From: Hydrolagus colliei
Lineage: Eukaryota
Direction of reading: 5' to 3'
NCBI GenBank assembly: GCA_035084275.1
Contig: CM068748.1
Span: forward strand, 24,366,001-24,430,000
DNA length: 64,000 bases
Part shown: piece by piece, positions 1-12,999 of the stretch
How positions within the stretch are numbered: the stretch's first letter is position 1
Layout: the number at the start of each line of letters is the position of its first letter
Position numbers and translations under genes: made by a program
The notes under the pieces: generated by a model
The model's database searches: none
What the model saw: only the letters and a program-made list of their open reading frames with translations
Told to the model about the DNA's origin: nothing

Positions 1-360
1 CGCTCCTTGGTCTTAGCTGTTCTGGGTTGTTTGGTTGGCAGGCACTTGACCAAATTGCTGAGAATTCCAGATATGCATTAGCAATGTCCATTTGTCAGGA
101 GTTGAGTGCCCACTCTCTCTGGAGAGATGGTTCCAGCTCATCCAATCCCAGAGAGTGGGTTGACCAGAGCCAAGGTCAGGGTTAGAAATTAAAATTTAAT
201 ATGGGGCAGAAATTTTGGAAAATTCTTGATGTTATTGTTCATTTGGAGACCAGTTTCCTGCGTTTTCCTCCACAAAGTGGTGAAGTCCAAATTAAAGTTA
301 ATGTGAATTGCTCCTGGTGTCCTGGCCAACAATTTCTCCAGATAAAATTATTCATTCACT

Positions 361-685
361 TAATAATAAATAATAATCCTTGTATTTGATATATAGCGCT
401 TTTCACATCTTCTAGTCACCTCAAAGCGCTTCACAGAATATACTGTAAAATGAATTGACTGTATATTCGTGGGCGAAACGCGGCAGCCAATTGCGCACAG
501 CGGCGTTCCCCCACAAACAGTCGTGGGTTGAAATGATCAATTTATTATAGTTTATTTTTCCGGACGGATTATTATTAGGCTGGTGGAGTAAGGAAACTTG
601 CCCACGGTTTCGCCCTCACCCGCCTGGATTCGAAACACAGGTCTCAAAAGTTGTGAGGCGGGAGCTCTAACCCCTGAGCTACAGT
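361..685 (-). mobile_element. tRNA-derived SINE (dominant ~300 bp family)
   Basis: Head with A-box-like GTAGCTCAG..GGTTAGAGC and B-box GTTCGAATCC; tail AAATGCAAGGA(TTA)n. More than 25 related copies or fragments in the window. Confidence 0.85.
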
Positions 686-1932
686 AGGAACTATACACTT
701 TCATAACAAACTTGATCGTTGCCGATGGACCCAGTTGAAGGATTTCATCCACTGAGCGTCGCTGCTGCTTTAGTCACAAGAACAAAAACCTTCCTATTGA
801 GCTTTGACCCAGGGAGAGAGGAAACCCATCCCGATAGAGTCGAGTTAAATCATCCTGGGTGTTCTTCTCTCCAACCCCCCCCACCCGCCCTCCTCCCTCC
901 CCCTGTTATGGATTAAAAAAAACAGTAGCAATAGATTTTCCTTGGACGTTAATTAATCATGGTCTGTGTTGGCCGTTGGCAACCTGTGAGACCTCCCTAG
1001 GAACAGGTGAGTTTTAAGACAGGGCTGAATCAGTTCAAAAGTACAGAAGTGATGGTTTGGGGGTTGGGGGGGGGAGGGAGACGGAGGGAGAGAGAGAGAG
1101 AGAGAGAGAGTGTGTGGGGGGGGGGGGGGGGGGGGGAATCAACAGTGAAACATGTTGAATTGAAACAAGGTTCATAAGATAATAGGTACTTCTCGCCCTG
1201 GCTTGTTGCGTTGAGAGAGCGACAGGACCCAGACAGCAGAGGGTGATGGCTTGGACAAGCCTGAAGGAAGGAGTGCAGATGACAGTATATGCCCTTTCAT
1301 GCCCCTTTACTTCAGGCTGGTTGGTTTTGATGCCCTCGGCGGGTTTTGTAGGTTAGTTGTCGTGGTGTAAACGAGTTTTCCAGTCGGATTGTGAATTTCG
1401 CCTGGGAATGATCACTTTAATTCCTGCCCCTGTGAGTTTCCCACTGTTCAATGTGTAATTCGACAGTGTGTAATGGGAGGGGGTGGGGGGAAGAAAGTCA
1501 CTAACACTGAGTTAAATGTCTGTAATGGGTTGAATTGTACAATATTCGATCTGATAAATTTATTTATGTCTATGAAACTTTACGTCCTTTTATTGGGGCT
1601 TTGACCTTTAGTTAATTTAGTTATTTGGTCGGTTAGTTAGAGAGTGAGTGAGTGGGTGGGTGAGTGAGTGAGTTAGTTAGTCAATCAATGTGACATTAAT
1701 GCTAGATTATGAGTGTGTTTTTTTTGGGGGGGGACACTTTAAATCCTTACCTTTCATTCGAATTCTTTTTTCACAACACAACTAACAATTAAGGAGAGGG
1801 TTGACTCCGCTTTTTCTGGGTGAATTGTAATGTTTTTTTCTCACTCACTTCCCCTCTCATTGGGATAGATGTCAAAACAAATCACCCAGAGTAGATTACT
1901 ACTGCTTGTTACCCCCCCCCCCCCCCCCCCCC

Positions 1933-2071
1933 NNNNNNNNNNNNNNNNNNNNNNNNNNNNNNNNNNNNNNNNNNNNNNNNNNNNNNNNNNNNNNNNNNNN
2001 NNNNNNNNNNNNNNNNNNNNNNNNNNNNNNNNNNNNNNNNNNNNNNNNNNNNNNNNNNNNNNNNNNNNNNN
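1933..2071. other. Assembly gap (N run)
   Basis: Run of N directly after a poly-C tract. Confidence 1.
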
Positions 2072-3134
2072 GTGTCTGTACAGTCGACACACAGGTCATT
2101 TGTGAGTATGGAAGCCTCAGTCAGGTCTAGGTTATACAGACAGCTCGTATTTTCGCCTCTGAGTCGTCATCTCAAGGCTTTGGGCTAGTACCTGACCGAC
2201 AGAAACGGTGAGACGTTGGCGTTTAGTGGGTTTAACTCAGAGTAATTTATTAAGCACCCTTGAGATTAAGGCACACACAAGTGGCACTGAGGATAAGGGG
2301 ACAAGTGGTGGCTGGGCCCAATACACACTGTGAGGAGAGAGGGGGGGAGGGGAGAGGGGGGCTAATGAAAAGGAACTTGTATTGTGTAATCAAGGTTAAA
2401 GCTAATTTATAATTTATGACCAGGACAGTAGACATTACCTCGAAGGGGAAATACTTTAGCCTTGTTACAAATGTAGTCTTTGCTGTTGTGGATGTTCTTA
2501 TTGGGAGTTTTCTGTTCCCTTTAGTTGACATTCAGGTGTATATAATTCTGTCGTTTTCAAAAGAGTTTTCTGTTTTCGTTCCCCTCCCCCCACATTAACA
2601 ATATCTTCTGTAGTAACTTTGTGATAGTCTTAGTAATCGTGTCTCCTTATCGAAACGTCCCAAAGACACGCATTGGAGTTATTTTATATATAAAAAAAAC
2701 TATTTTTATATATTGTTTCGAATATTCCTTCAAAGTAAAAAAAAACTAGTCACTTCCTTTCGTCCAAAGCAAAACAGTTCCAAATAATAAACATAGTATT
2801 ATTAATATAAGGGTAACAAAATCTTCTTGAATGAAACAGTTTAATATTGCCTATATGTGTGTGTATATATATATATATATTTTAAAAATACTGCGTTACA
2901 ACTTTACTTTTTCATTAAATCGACGCTTCAAAGGGGAATAAAAGTGTAGTAAGTAACTGTGTGTTTCTGAGAAAACTCCTCAACCAATTTTGCTACAGAG
3001 GCGTCCCAGGAAGAACCCTGAAGTTGAAACGAGGTGGAGAGAAAGCAATTTGAGCTAAATTAAATTAAATGAAATCAGGGTATTCCTGAGGGTTTAAATG
3101 TCAATGGTTGCCTTGTGCTCTCCTGTCAAGTGAA

Positions 3135-3415
3135 GTCCAGTAGCTCAGGGGTTACAGGAGAAACCTTGGGCGAGTTTCCTCACTCCACATGCCTGGTAAT
3201 AATCCCTCAACAAACATAAAGTGATAATAACATTGGTCATTTTCAATCCACGACTGTTTGTGGGGGACGCTGCTGGGCGCAATTGGCTGCCGGGTTTCTC
3301 TCACAAAATATATAGTCAATTCACTTGACAGTATATCCCGTGAAGCGCTTTGAGAGACGTCTTGGAGACTTGAAAAGTGCTGTATCAAATGCAAGGATTA
3401 TTATTATTAATAATA
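3135..3415 (+). mobile_element. tRNA-derived SINE
   Basis: Same family, (TTA)n tail. Confidence 0.8.
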
Positions 3416-4454
3416 AGCGTGGAATCGTTCAATTTAACAGCGAACAGCGTATTTTACAGCAGATATTTCGTGGGGATATTTACACACTTTCTTTGTATTT
3501 AAACTGACAATTGCCATTATGAGTGAAGGATATAACATTAATAATACTACTATTAATAATAATAATCCTTGCATTTTAAATAGCACCTCGCCGAGACGTC
3601 TCAGAGCGCTTCACGGATTTATGCTGTAAAGTGATATAAACACAGAAGTCGCTATGAACATGCAGCGGGTCAGGCAGCATCTATGGAGAGAGGATAATGA
3701 GTTCACGTTTCAGTGAATTAAGTGAATCGACTGTGTATTTTGCGGTGAAACTCTTTGACGTCTGTATCACACAGGACCTTGACCCGGTGACAGACACACT
3801 TTGCTGGGACATTACCAAGTCTGACTCAAATAATTGATTAAAAACTTGCAAACAAAAAAAATTGTTGGAAGGCTGATTGCATTTGCCTTCTGGATAGTAT
3901 CTTATTGAACCGCCGAAAAGTTTGCTACAAGTTGTAAGATAAAGGAGGGAAAACAACAATATATATATATATATATATATACTATATATGTGGGTGTATC
4001 TGTATAGTATATAAGTCTTATATAATATATAACATATAAGACTTCAAATAAGTAATGCTTAATTTCTTCTACCTTGAAAGTGAAACAGATGGACAATTTC
4101 CTGGAAGGAAATAACGTAGTATGATTATGCGATCGTGTGTGTGTATATATATATATATATACAATTGTCTCAACGACGCTATCAATATATATCTATATTG
4201 TTACCAATATAGGTATATTAACAATAATAAATACAAAATTCACTAAATCGACGCTACAACAGGGAAAAGAAAACAGATTTCCGATGCCCGTTATTCTTAT
4301 TTTCTTTCGAGAAATCAGATGCGTCTCGTCCCATTTTATAACTCAATTTCCCGCATTTTCGCAACTTCTTCTGTCCTTATGTTCCTTGGAGGGTTTTATA
4401 TTTAAAAAAATGTTTTTCTACTTTGCTTTGCTTGACTTTACTCTTCGAAATCAA

Positions 4455-4654
4455 NNNNNNNNNNNNNNNNNNNNNNNNNNNNNNNNNNNNNNNNNNNNNN
4501 NNNNNNNNNNNNNNNNNNNNNNNNNNNNNNNNNNNNNNNNNNNNNNNNNNNNNNNNNNNNNNNNNNNNNNNNNNNNNNNNNNNNNNNNNNNNNNNNNNNN
4601 NNNNNNNNNNNNNNNNNNNNNNNNNNNNNNNNNNNNNNNNNNNNNNNNNNNNNN
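4455..4654. other. Assembly gap (N run)
   Basis: Run of 200 N next to G-rich sequence. Confidence 1.
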
Positions 4655-4796
4655 TGGTGTGGTGGGGTAGTGGGGGGGTTGGGGGAGGTGGGGGGGTGAG
4701 TGGGATCAGACACAACACAACAACCATCCACTGGGGAAACAAATAGAAGTTGTGGATTCCAAGTCACTGGTCAAATGTACTTACTTGACCCTCCAG

Positions 4797-4982
4797 ATGC
4801 CAAGGGATCCATACGGAAATCATTCTGCCCAAGGGTTTGATCTGGATCGGCCCAAACGTACCAGGACATCCTTCACGGCTGAGCAGCTGTATCGATTGGA
4901 AATGGAGTTCCAACGCTGTCAATACGTGGTGGGGCGTGAGAGGACAGAACTAGCTCGACAGCTCAACTTGTCGGAAACTCAG
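4797..4982 (+). CDS. VAX1: VAX1 exon 2 (homeodomain N-terminal part)
   Basis: ctccag| acceptor and |gtaaat donor. Encodes [63 protein letters not shown] after restoring two missing G (~4815, ~4839). GSIREIIL is VAX1-type; VAX2 has GTIREIVL (from memory). Confidence 0.92.
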
Positions 4983-6668
4983 GTAAATATAAAGCATATA
5001 TATATATACACACACACCATGGCAAGGTCATGCCTGAAACTTGACTCAGGTCCTAGTCACTGCTGCCCAACCACTCAGCTCATCTGCCATTTGAAAGCCC
5101 CCATAAAATGCGGATTTTTAGAAATGTAGGTACCTTGGGTGAAATTTACTCTTTTTTTAGATTTAACCAAAAAAATGTGAAAAGCTATTTTTAAAAAAAT
5201 CATCAAATGTCCCGCACAGATCCTGTGTGTATGTATGTGTGTATGTATGTGTGTTTGTATGGCGAGATTTGTAAAGGATTGGGTATATGTATATATATAT
5301 ATATACCCAATGTATATATATATGTATATGTATATATATATATAAATAAGATATATATATACATACAGGTGGATGAAACTGACAGAACCTAAGCTATAAC
5401 GCTGGGTTAACGAGGAGAAGGTGTGGGGAGAGTGGGGGTTGGGGTGGGGGCGGGGGAGGAGGAGAAAGTGGGTTGTTAACCCTCTAAAAGAGGTTTGGTT
5501 TCCGACAACAAGTTCACACCCTCACAGATGTGTTATTTGATCTGCCATCCGTTTCAGTTATTAGACTCCCTGTGTATCATTTTTAAATTCGATTTGCGTT
5601 TATCTTTTGTTTTAACCTCTTATCCACAGAATGTCTGGGCTAATGGGAATAGACTTTTTAATGAGTGAATGAAAACACATGAATTTCAACACTAACAAAA
5701 GTAAGGGGAGGGTGGGGTGTGTGGTGGGGGGGGAATCAGTTTTCCAACTGAATGCAGGAAGGTTATATTTTATGTATTGATAAATGAGAAATAAAATAGT
5801 AGTTCTTGCCCCCATTTAATCGTGGAAAATATTTAGATTTGACCGTTTCCCGTTGGGTCCCTCGCCCAAACACGATTCTATAGTGGCGTTGTGCTGGTGT
5901 GACTTTGATATGAATGTTACCACAATCAATGCCAACGTCGTGTTGGTGTTCAATAGTTCCAAACTTGTGCGAAACCCACATAGATAATCAAGTGGAAGAG
6001 CGACGTTTGATTCGAGGGTGCCAGCCGATCACTGATATAGAAACATAACATCGGATTTGTCTTTAACCCCAAAAGGAGAGGAGAAAAAATAGTTGTATGT
6101 TGTAATAGACGTGCTTTCAGAAACATCCAGCGCCAGAAATACGTTTAAATTTCCCGAGTAAAAATACACAAGTTGGCAGCGTGTCTCTTGGCCACTTCTG
6201 CTCTGTTGTTATCTCAAGAATTGTCACAGTTATACTTGTATTACCCTGGCACGTTTCGGCATCAGCCGTCTGTACGTGTTTGTATTGACACTGGCCACCG
6301 TGGCTGGTGAGTTGGGAAGCGGCAGGTTAAGTCAAACGGTGTTTTAATTTTAGGTCTGAAAACATCCATCGGGTTGCAGTATTTACTCATCCACCTCTCA
6401 GGCGATCTGACTCCCGAGGCTCGGTGCACAGCTCAAACCATTGTTTCGTTTGCAGGGTTAATTCATTCATTCGTTAATGACTTAAGTGTGTATGTGTTTG
6501 TATTTGTGTGAAATAAGTCTGTGTGTGTGTGTGTGTGTGTGTTGTGTGTGTGTGTGTCCCACCCCCAACAAAAAAAACACCCAACAACAACAGTGACATC
6601 CGTGATAGACTGGGGACAAATAGATACAAATGGTAAATGGTGCAATTGCGACAAGCAAAAGTGGGGCA

Positions 6669-6705
<37 letters not shown>

Positions 6706-6922
6706 GTAAATGGCATTAACGGTACAGACGGTATTAAATCAGGACACGCCGCACAGTGTAACACAAGCAAGAGGGTTGATGTGTAAACGGGTTCTCAATG
6801 GCTGGCAATGTACTGACTGAGTGAGTGAGCTATTACTGTATATTGTCTGTTTCTTTCTCCTCCTCCTCCTCCTCCTCCTCCTCCTCTCCACAAACAAACA
6901 AAACAAACAAACAAACAAACAG

Positions 6923-7403
6923 GTGAAAGTCTGGTTTCAAAACCGACGCACGAAGCAAAAGAAAGACCAAGGGCAAGGACTCAGACGTCAGGTCCACGGC
7001 CTCGGAGACGGCGGGCGACCTGCAGTGTGCTGAGGCTGTTGGAACAAGGCAGGCTGCTCTCCCCCCCGGGGCTGTCCGGACTCCTGCCCTGCATCCCCAG
7101 CGGCCTGGGCGCTGGGCTGCGGGGGCCGGTGGTGGGCATTGGGACCTCACTGAGCGCCGCGACCCTCACGGTGGGCACCCCGACCGTCAGCAGCTCGCAC
7201 CCGGCGCACACCGTCTTCAGTCTGCCCGTCCCCTCTCTGGTGGGCAACGTGGCCAACAGGCTCTCGTCGCCTTGGACAGTCACCGGGCCGCTGACCGGCA
7301 ACTTGCAGGAACTCTCGGCTCGATACTTGAGCTCTTCGGCCTTTTGAACCTTATTCCAGGAACAGCAAAAGGGAAGGGAGTGGACAAGAAACTCATGGAC
7401 TGA
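6923..7403 (+). CDS. VAX1: VAX1 exon 3 (helix 3 and C-terminus)
   Basis: aacag|GTG: [21 protein letters not shown]...[24 protein letters not shown]...FSLPVPSL...[21 protein letters not shown]...VDKKLMD*, with TGA at 7401-7403. About four +1 homopolymer insertions must be removed. The C-terminal motifs are VAX1-specific. Confidence 0.9.
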
Positions 7404-7549
7404 CTGGCTTGACTGTCTGACTTCTCTCTGATGGTCCCACAACTGCATCGTCTCTGTTGACTTCACCCAAGGCGGATTTTTTCCCCCCACAGAAACACAC
7501 ACACACAAAAAAACGACAACAACATGAGTTGGAAACCTACACAATAACA

Positions 7550-7703
7550 TTGGGTGGGTGGGTTGGTTGGTGGGTTGGTTGGTTTGGATGGTGGGTTGGT
7601 TGTGGTTTGGATGGTGGGTTGGTTGGTTTGGATGGTGGTGGTTGGTGGTTTGGATGGTGGGTAGGTTGGTTCGTTGGTTTGGTTGGTGGTGGTGGGTGGG
7701 TTG
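7550..7703 (+). repeat. (GGTT/GGT)n low-complexity repeat 3' of the VAX1 stop
   Basis: Direct inspection. Confidence 0.9.
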
Positions 7704-8229
7704 TCAGATGAATGAATAAGATCAAACTATTAAAATAAATAAAATGCATGTCAATGTTAGCCAGGGAAACTTGTTCTGAGTCCATGGTTGCCAAGTTCAA
7801 GCCGAACTTAGCCTCCCCCTCCCCCCCCCCCCCCCCCTCCGCCCACTCAGATAGAGCTGATCACAAGTGAAACGAAGTCGATACACCTCGAGAGTAACTC
7901 CTGTTTTCCCCCAAGGAAGGTCAGCCTTAAATCCTAATATCTATATATATATAGTAATATATATATATCAATCAATTGGGTACAGTAGAGAGTTGAAAAA
8001 AAGTTTGGCTTCCCACATACAACAACCACAAAGGGGTATTTGATGTTGATTGCGCCTACCCTTTACCCTGGTGTGCATGTCATGGACGAAATTTGCTCAG
8101 TGTCTGGTATTTTATTGTATGAATGTGTATATTTTAAACATGTGCCACCAAATTCTAAATAACAAGAGGGTGGACCTTGGGAAAGTGTTCTGTCTATTCT
8201 GGTGTACAGCTTTTATTCTAGTAAAATAC

Positions 8230-8278
<49 letters not shown>

Positions 8279-11200
8279 AAAAACTGAAACCGTATTTTAT
8301 TGTAAATTATTGATTAAACTCGTAATGAATGAATGAGTGAGTGGATGAACGAGAGAGTGAGTGAACGAGTGAATGAATGAAAATGAATGGGCGAACGAGT
8401 GAATTAATGAATTAATAGATTTAATGTTTTACCGGAGAGGCGGTGATTGTATTTAACAGAAATCGATCGAAGAGTCCTTATTACTAACTTTCTCTGTATC
8501 TCTGTCGTTGGTTCTCTATTTTGTACGTGGTGAAAGTGGAAAATATATGTGAGCTCAAAATGTTTAAAAAAAAACTGCTGTGGTTTTTTTTAAAACAATA
8601 TAATACACATCTAAACAGATCCCTAACTGTTCTTTCATGAGAAATTTTTACGTATAATTTTCCAATGGCGACAAGTGAGTTTTAACACCAATACAGCAAA
8701 TGCACAGTGAGCGTGTGAGCGAATAATACCAAGGGAGTACAGATACACACACACGCCTTTGAGCTTTTGAGTTTGTGTGTGTGTGTGTTTTATAAGGTTG
8801 GTGAGTGTGAAAAGAAAAGCATCCAGATGATCTATGATATTTTTCGGCTGTTCATTTAATTTAAATCCGTGTTTTAATTTTTTTTGGAGGTGGTGGGGGG
8901 GGGGGGGAAACACACACACAAAAGAAAGTCATGATTATTTAGTGTATTGTGTTTCATCGTTAACGCTCCGAATTGCATCATGTAAATTACTGTATTATTT
9001 TGTGCCCCCAGCCCCCCCTCCCCACCCCCATACACACACATACACACTCCCCACCCCGAGATTGGGTGAAAATTGGTTGCATCTGAAGACTGGAATCTGG
9101 TGGAATAACATTACCGGTCCAATGAAATCTTGACTTCAAAGTATATTTTAAAAAGTGGATGTGTGAGTGCAAACTGGTCTGCATGAGTGTTCTTTTTTTT
9201 GTATATAAAAAAGCTTTAAATAAAATATAAGCGACATAAGCATAAGACATAAGCAATATATAGCAATGGCTCTAAATTTAATTGAACCCCAGTATAGATA
9301 GATGGGTGGGTAAGTCGTTGCAATATTCGGGCAGACCTGCACCACACGTTAATTAAGCTTTCTGTAATTAATTACAATAATAGTTTTCAATATGTATTTG
9401 TGTGTGTGTGTAAAAACAAACAAACAAAAAAAAAGGTTAGGAGTGTTTGCCTTTGACGAATCTGTTCGATGATTGATTCCCAGGGAAGGAAAGAGAGAGA
9501 GGAGGAGTCGCTATTACTATTTTAAACCTATTTTAAAAGACAACACCGACGTTGACTTTCGCTCCCATGACATTTAAGGGGGGAAATAATTCGTAAAGGT
9601 GTCGGGGAAAAAAGTTTCATATGATATTATTATAATTCTTTTTTAAAAAAAAATAGGCGTTGTGTCCAAACACAGTGGTTTCCTGTGATGGTAGAGAGAG
9701 AGAGAGAGAGAGAGAGAATAGTGTGGAGATCGGGATGTGTGCTATATGTTTTCCTGCCGCCTTCACAAGTTGTATAGAGGTTTAACACTAAGCACCGGGG
9801 AAACACTCGGCGGTTCTATCTGATATATGTACATACGACTTAGTCATCTTTAAAGGCAACAACGAGAAGGAAATTATATTGTTTATAGCGCCTTTCACGT
9901 CGGGAGGACGCTACACAGCGATGGAAAAGGTATATTGTACACACACACACACACACACTCACACACACACACACACTCACACACTCACACACCTCCACAG
10001 CTTTCTTTACCATTCCCCAGCCAGGGACGAATGGTTTTTTTTAAAGAAAAATTCTTAAAAGCAAATGCCTTTTTAAAAAATATATTATTTGATACCCGTT
10101 ACGATTTTTTTCCATTCATTTTGACGGGAGATTTCATCATTCGTTCTCTCTCTTTCTCTTTTTTTTCGTCAAACAGTTTCAAAGGATCCCAGTGACTGTA
10201 TTCATGTGTGTGTGAGAGAGAGAGAGAGAGAGGTGGTGGTGTGGGGGAGGGAGGGGGGGGGGGGGGGGGGGAGTGGGGGGGCGACTTATTCTAAAAGCCC
10301 AGAAATTATTATCCTTAAGATACACAGTCACTACACTTCACGGGAAATATTTTTGAAAGATACCTCCCGATGTGAAAGGCTCTATAATGAAATGCAACTT
10401 GTGTGTGTGTATATATATATATCTATATATATATATATATACATACCAGTATCACATTAACTGCAGATCAACAAAACAAGCTGATAGCGTATGATATACG
10501 TGCCGCAGAGTAGAAGGTTTTATTTTCAGGAAAATGTATGAAAGAAACAATTGATACATTAACGTTATGGAGTTAAACTGTGTGTGCTTTCTCAATTCCC
10601 TTTTCTATCCTGGGAAACACCTATTTTCCGGATCATTGCAGCAAAAAGCCAGTCGAACATGTCACCCATTCTCAATTAATAAAAAAGTCTCAATTATTAT
10701 TATTATTTTAAAATAAATTGGAGAAATTCAGTGTGAGAAACGTTGTGTTTGTGTACTCACAGATGATGAGAGTATATTGGCTGTCAAGCAGTAGATCAGA
10801 AGTGTGATCTGTGTCTCATTTGTGTGTTTTTTTCCTCTCTCTCTCTCATCCAGACCTTTTTTTTAAAAAAAGAAATGAGATTTGTATCGACTTTGCTCAC
10901 TTTTTGTTCGCTTTCACTCGAAAGGATAATGACTGTGTTGGTGTAAACCGCAGATCCGAGCATCACCTAGAATTGTATTGATTGTATAGATTGTTTCTTA
11001 ATTTTTTTTTCTCTTTCACTTTTTGTTCTTATTTTGGGGGGCATTTCAAACATTTCATTAGAAAATAATAATTTCCTCAGATTTTTACTGTTGGGGGCAA
11101 ATTGGGTTGAATTTCCAATAGGACCCATGAAATAGGGGACATGAAACTGAAACTTCTGGAGCTACTGTCCCCCAATATATTTTATGAGATTCACAACCAC

Positions 11201-12999
11201 CCCCCAACACTAAAAAAAAACTACCGATTGAATAATCCATAAATTTAATCTAATTTATTTTCAACTTGACTTGCTGTCCAGTCAATCGCCCCGCCTTTAA
11301 CACATTGATCCTGCAGTTCAATCGATTCAACTAGTTCAACCGTGATCTGGTTGACTCCAGGTTTAGCTGACCTGTTTTCAAATATTCATTGCACTAACCC
11401 TGTCATTAAATCCATAATGAATGTCTCCCCTCCGCCCCCCCCCCCCCCCCCCCCCACACGCACACCCTACCCCAACACCCAACACAGAGTTCAAGGTTTT
11501 GATGACATGAATTAATCCCAGAGTGTGTTTACTGATTTTCTTTCTCTCACTTTGGATCCCTGTGTTCAAAGCTTTTGAAGATTCTTTCCAATATGTATAC
11601 TGTATATATTATATTATACTAAATATATATGTATATTTAAAAAGCTGCAAATCAACTACTTTTCCCCAAATCTATTGATGAAAAGGCGAGGATTGGGAGC
11701 TAATTTCCAATTTAGCTCAGATGACTTTGCCTTGGTGTGTGGCAGATGCTTTAGAATTTCTACCCACCAAATAAATGACTTAAATAAAATAAATAAGTGA
11801 AAGATGGTGCACTTCACTTTTGCCTTCATCTAATAGGATACGCAGTGAGATGTATGTAACGTGAAAAAAAACAAGTGAATTTGCCCCTCTACGTGATGAG
11901 AAAAGCCTAAATAAGACAAGTTTCATTGGACTTGTGAGTTTCATTGGACTTGTGAGACAGGAAGGAATATATACAGGGACTGATGTTTCACATGTATCTG
12001 TGTAGGTTTATTTAGAATAAGACTTACACTCTGGGTTTTATAGTTCTTTAATCTATAACACATAATAATAATCATATCAATAAGAATCAAATATAACAAC
12101 AATGACCCTTACATTCGTTTTTTTCCCCCAGTGCCTTTCAGGGTGGGAGGGCGTCTCAAAGCGCTTCAGAGTATTTATTGTGAAGTGTAGTGACTTTTTC
12201 TGTAGGGGAATGGTAATATTACCGATATCCCTCCCCTCTCACTTTGCCAGTATTCTTATACATGGTGAACGGCGATTTGTATTCGTTTTATAATGAGATT
12301 TTTTTTTGCCAGCGTTGTATTATCTTATTTGAAACAAAAATGCGTTAGGAATATTTAGATTCAAATGGTTTAAGAAACAAGGCGCTGGAATGGCATTAAA
12401 ACCCTGTTCACTCAATCTTCGGTAGTCTAGGCTTCATCTAACCTATTTTTGTTATTGCAAAAGTTCATTGCATCAAACGTCGAGGGAGAAAAAACGCTCC
12501 CAGTGATTATTTAGTTGTATTGTTTTTTTTAAAAAAATCTGGTTATACAATTTCGTTCTCATTCAATTAATTCCCATTAAATTTCCATTAAATCAATGAA
12601 CGAATATGTAACAGAAATCGTGTCCTAGCAAAATATACGCCGGTGAAATTGCTTACAGCTTGAAATATATGGCTGTTTTAGGAACGAAATAAAGTTAGCC
12701 ACAGAGAATTAACTCTGGGGTCTGCTTCCCACACAGATCTGCTGAAGTGTTTAACACATTACTCATTTCCTCCCTGGTCCACACAGTAAAAACTCATCTT
12801 CCACAACTTAGAAAGAGATTTATATCTATTATTTTGCTGGCAAACTTTTTTTTGTGTGTGACTATTATTTAATTATTATTAATTATTTAATTATTAAATT
12901 AGATTATTAAATTATAGTCACACTTATTAAGAGTGATTTCCACACCCCTCCACACACACACATTAGATAACTACGATTATACAACCAATGGACAACAAT

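Noticed and set aside
1-4796. VAX1 exon 1
   Set aside because: I found no DYCRRILVR-encoding sequence; it lies upstream of the window or in an N gap.
4797-7403. Calling the homeobox gene VAX2 because it precedes an ATP6V1B gene, as in human
   Set aside because: The flanking residues and C-terminus match VAX1, and the shootin exons downstream match VAX1 synteny.
6833-7550. Antisense ORFs of 105 and 189 aa over VAX1 exon 3
   Set aside because: Shadow ORFs of GC-rich coding sequence with no recognisable homology.
11919-11956. 18-bp tandem duplication (a similar one lies at 20981-21021)
   Set aside because: Ordinary slippage duplications with no sign of function.
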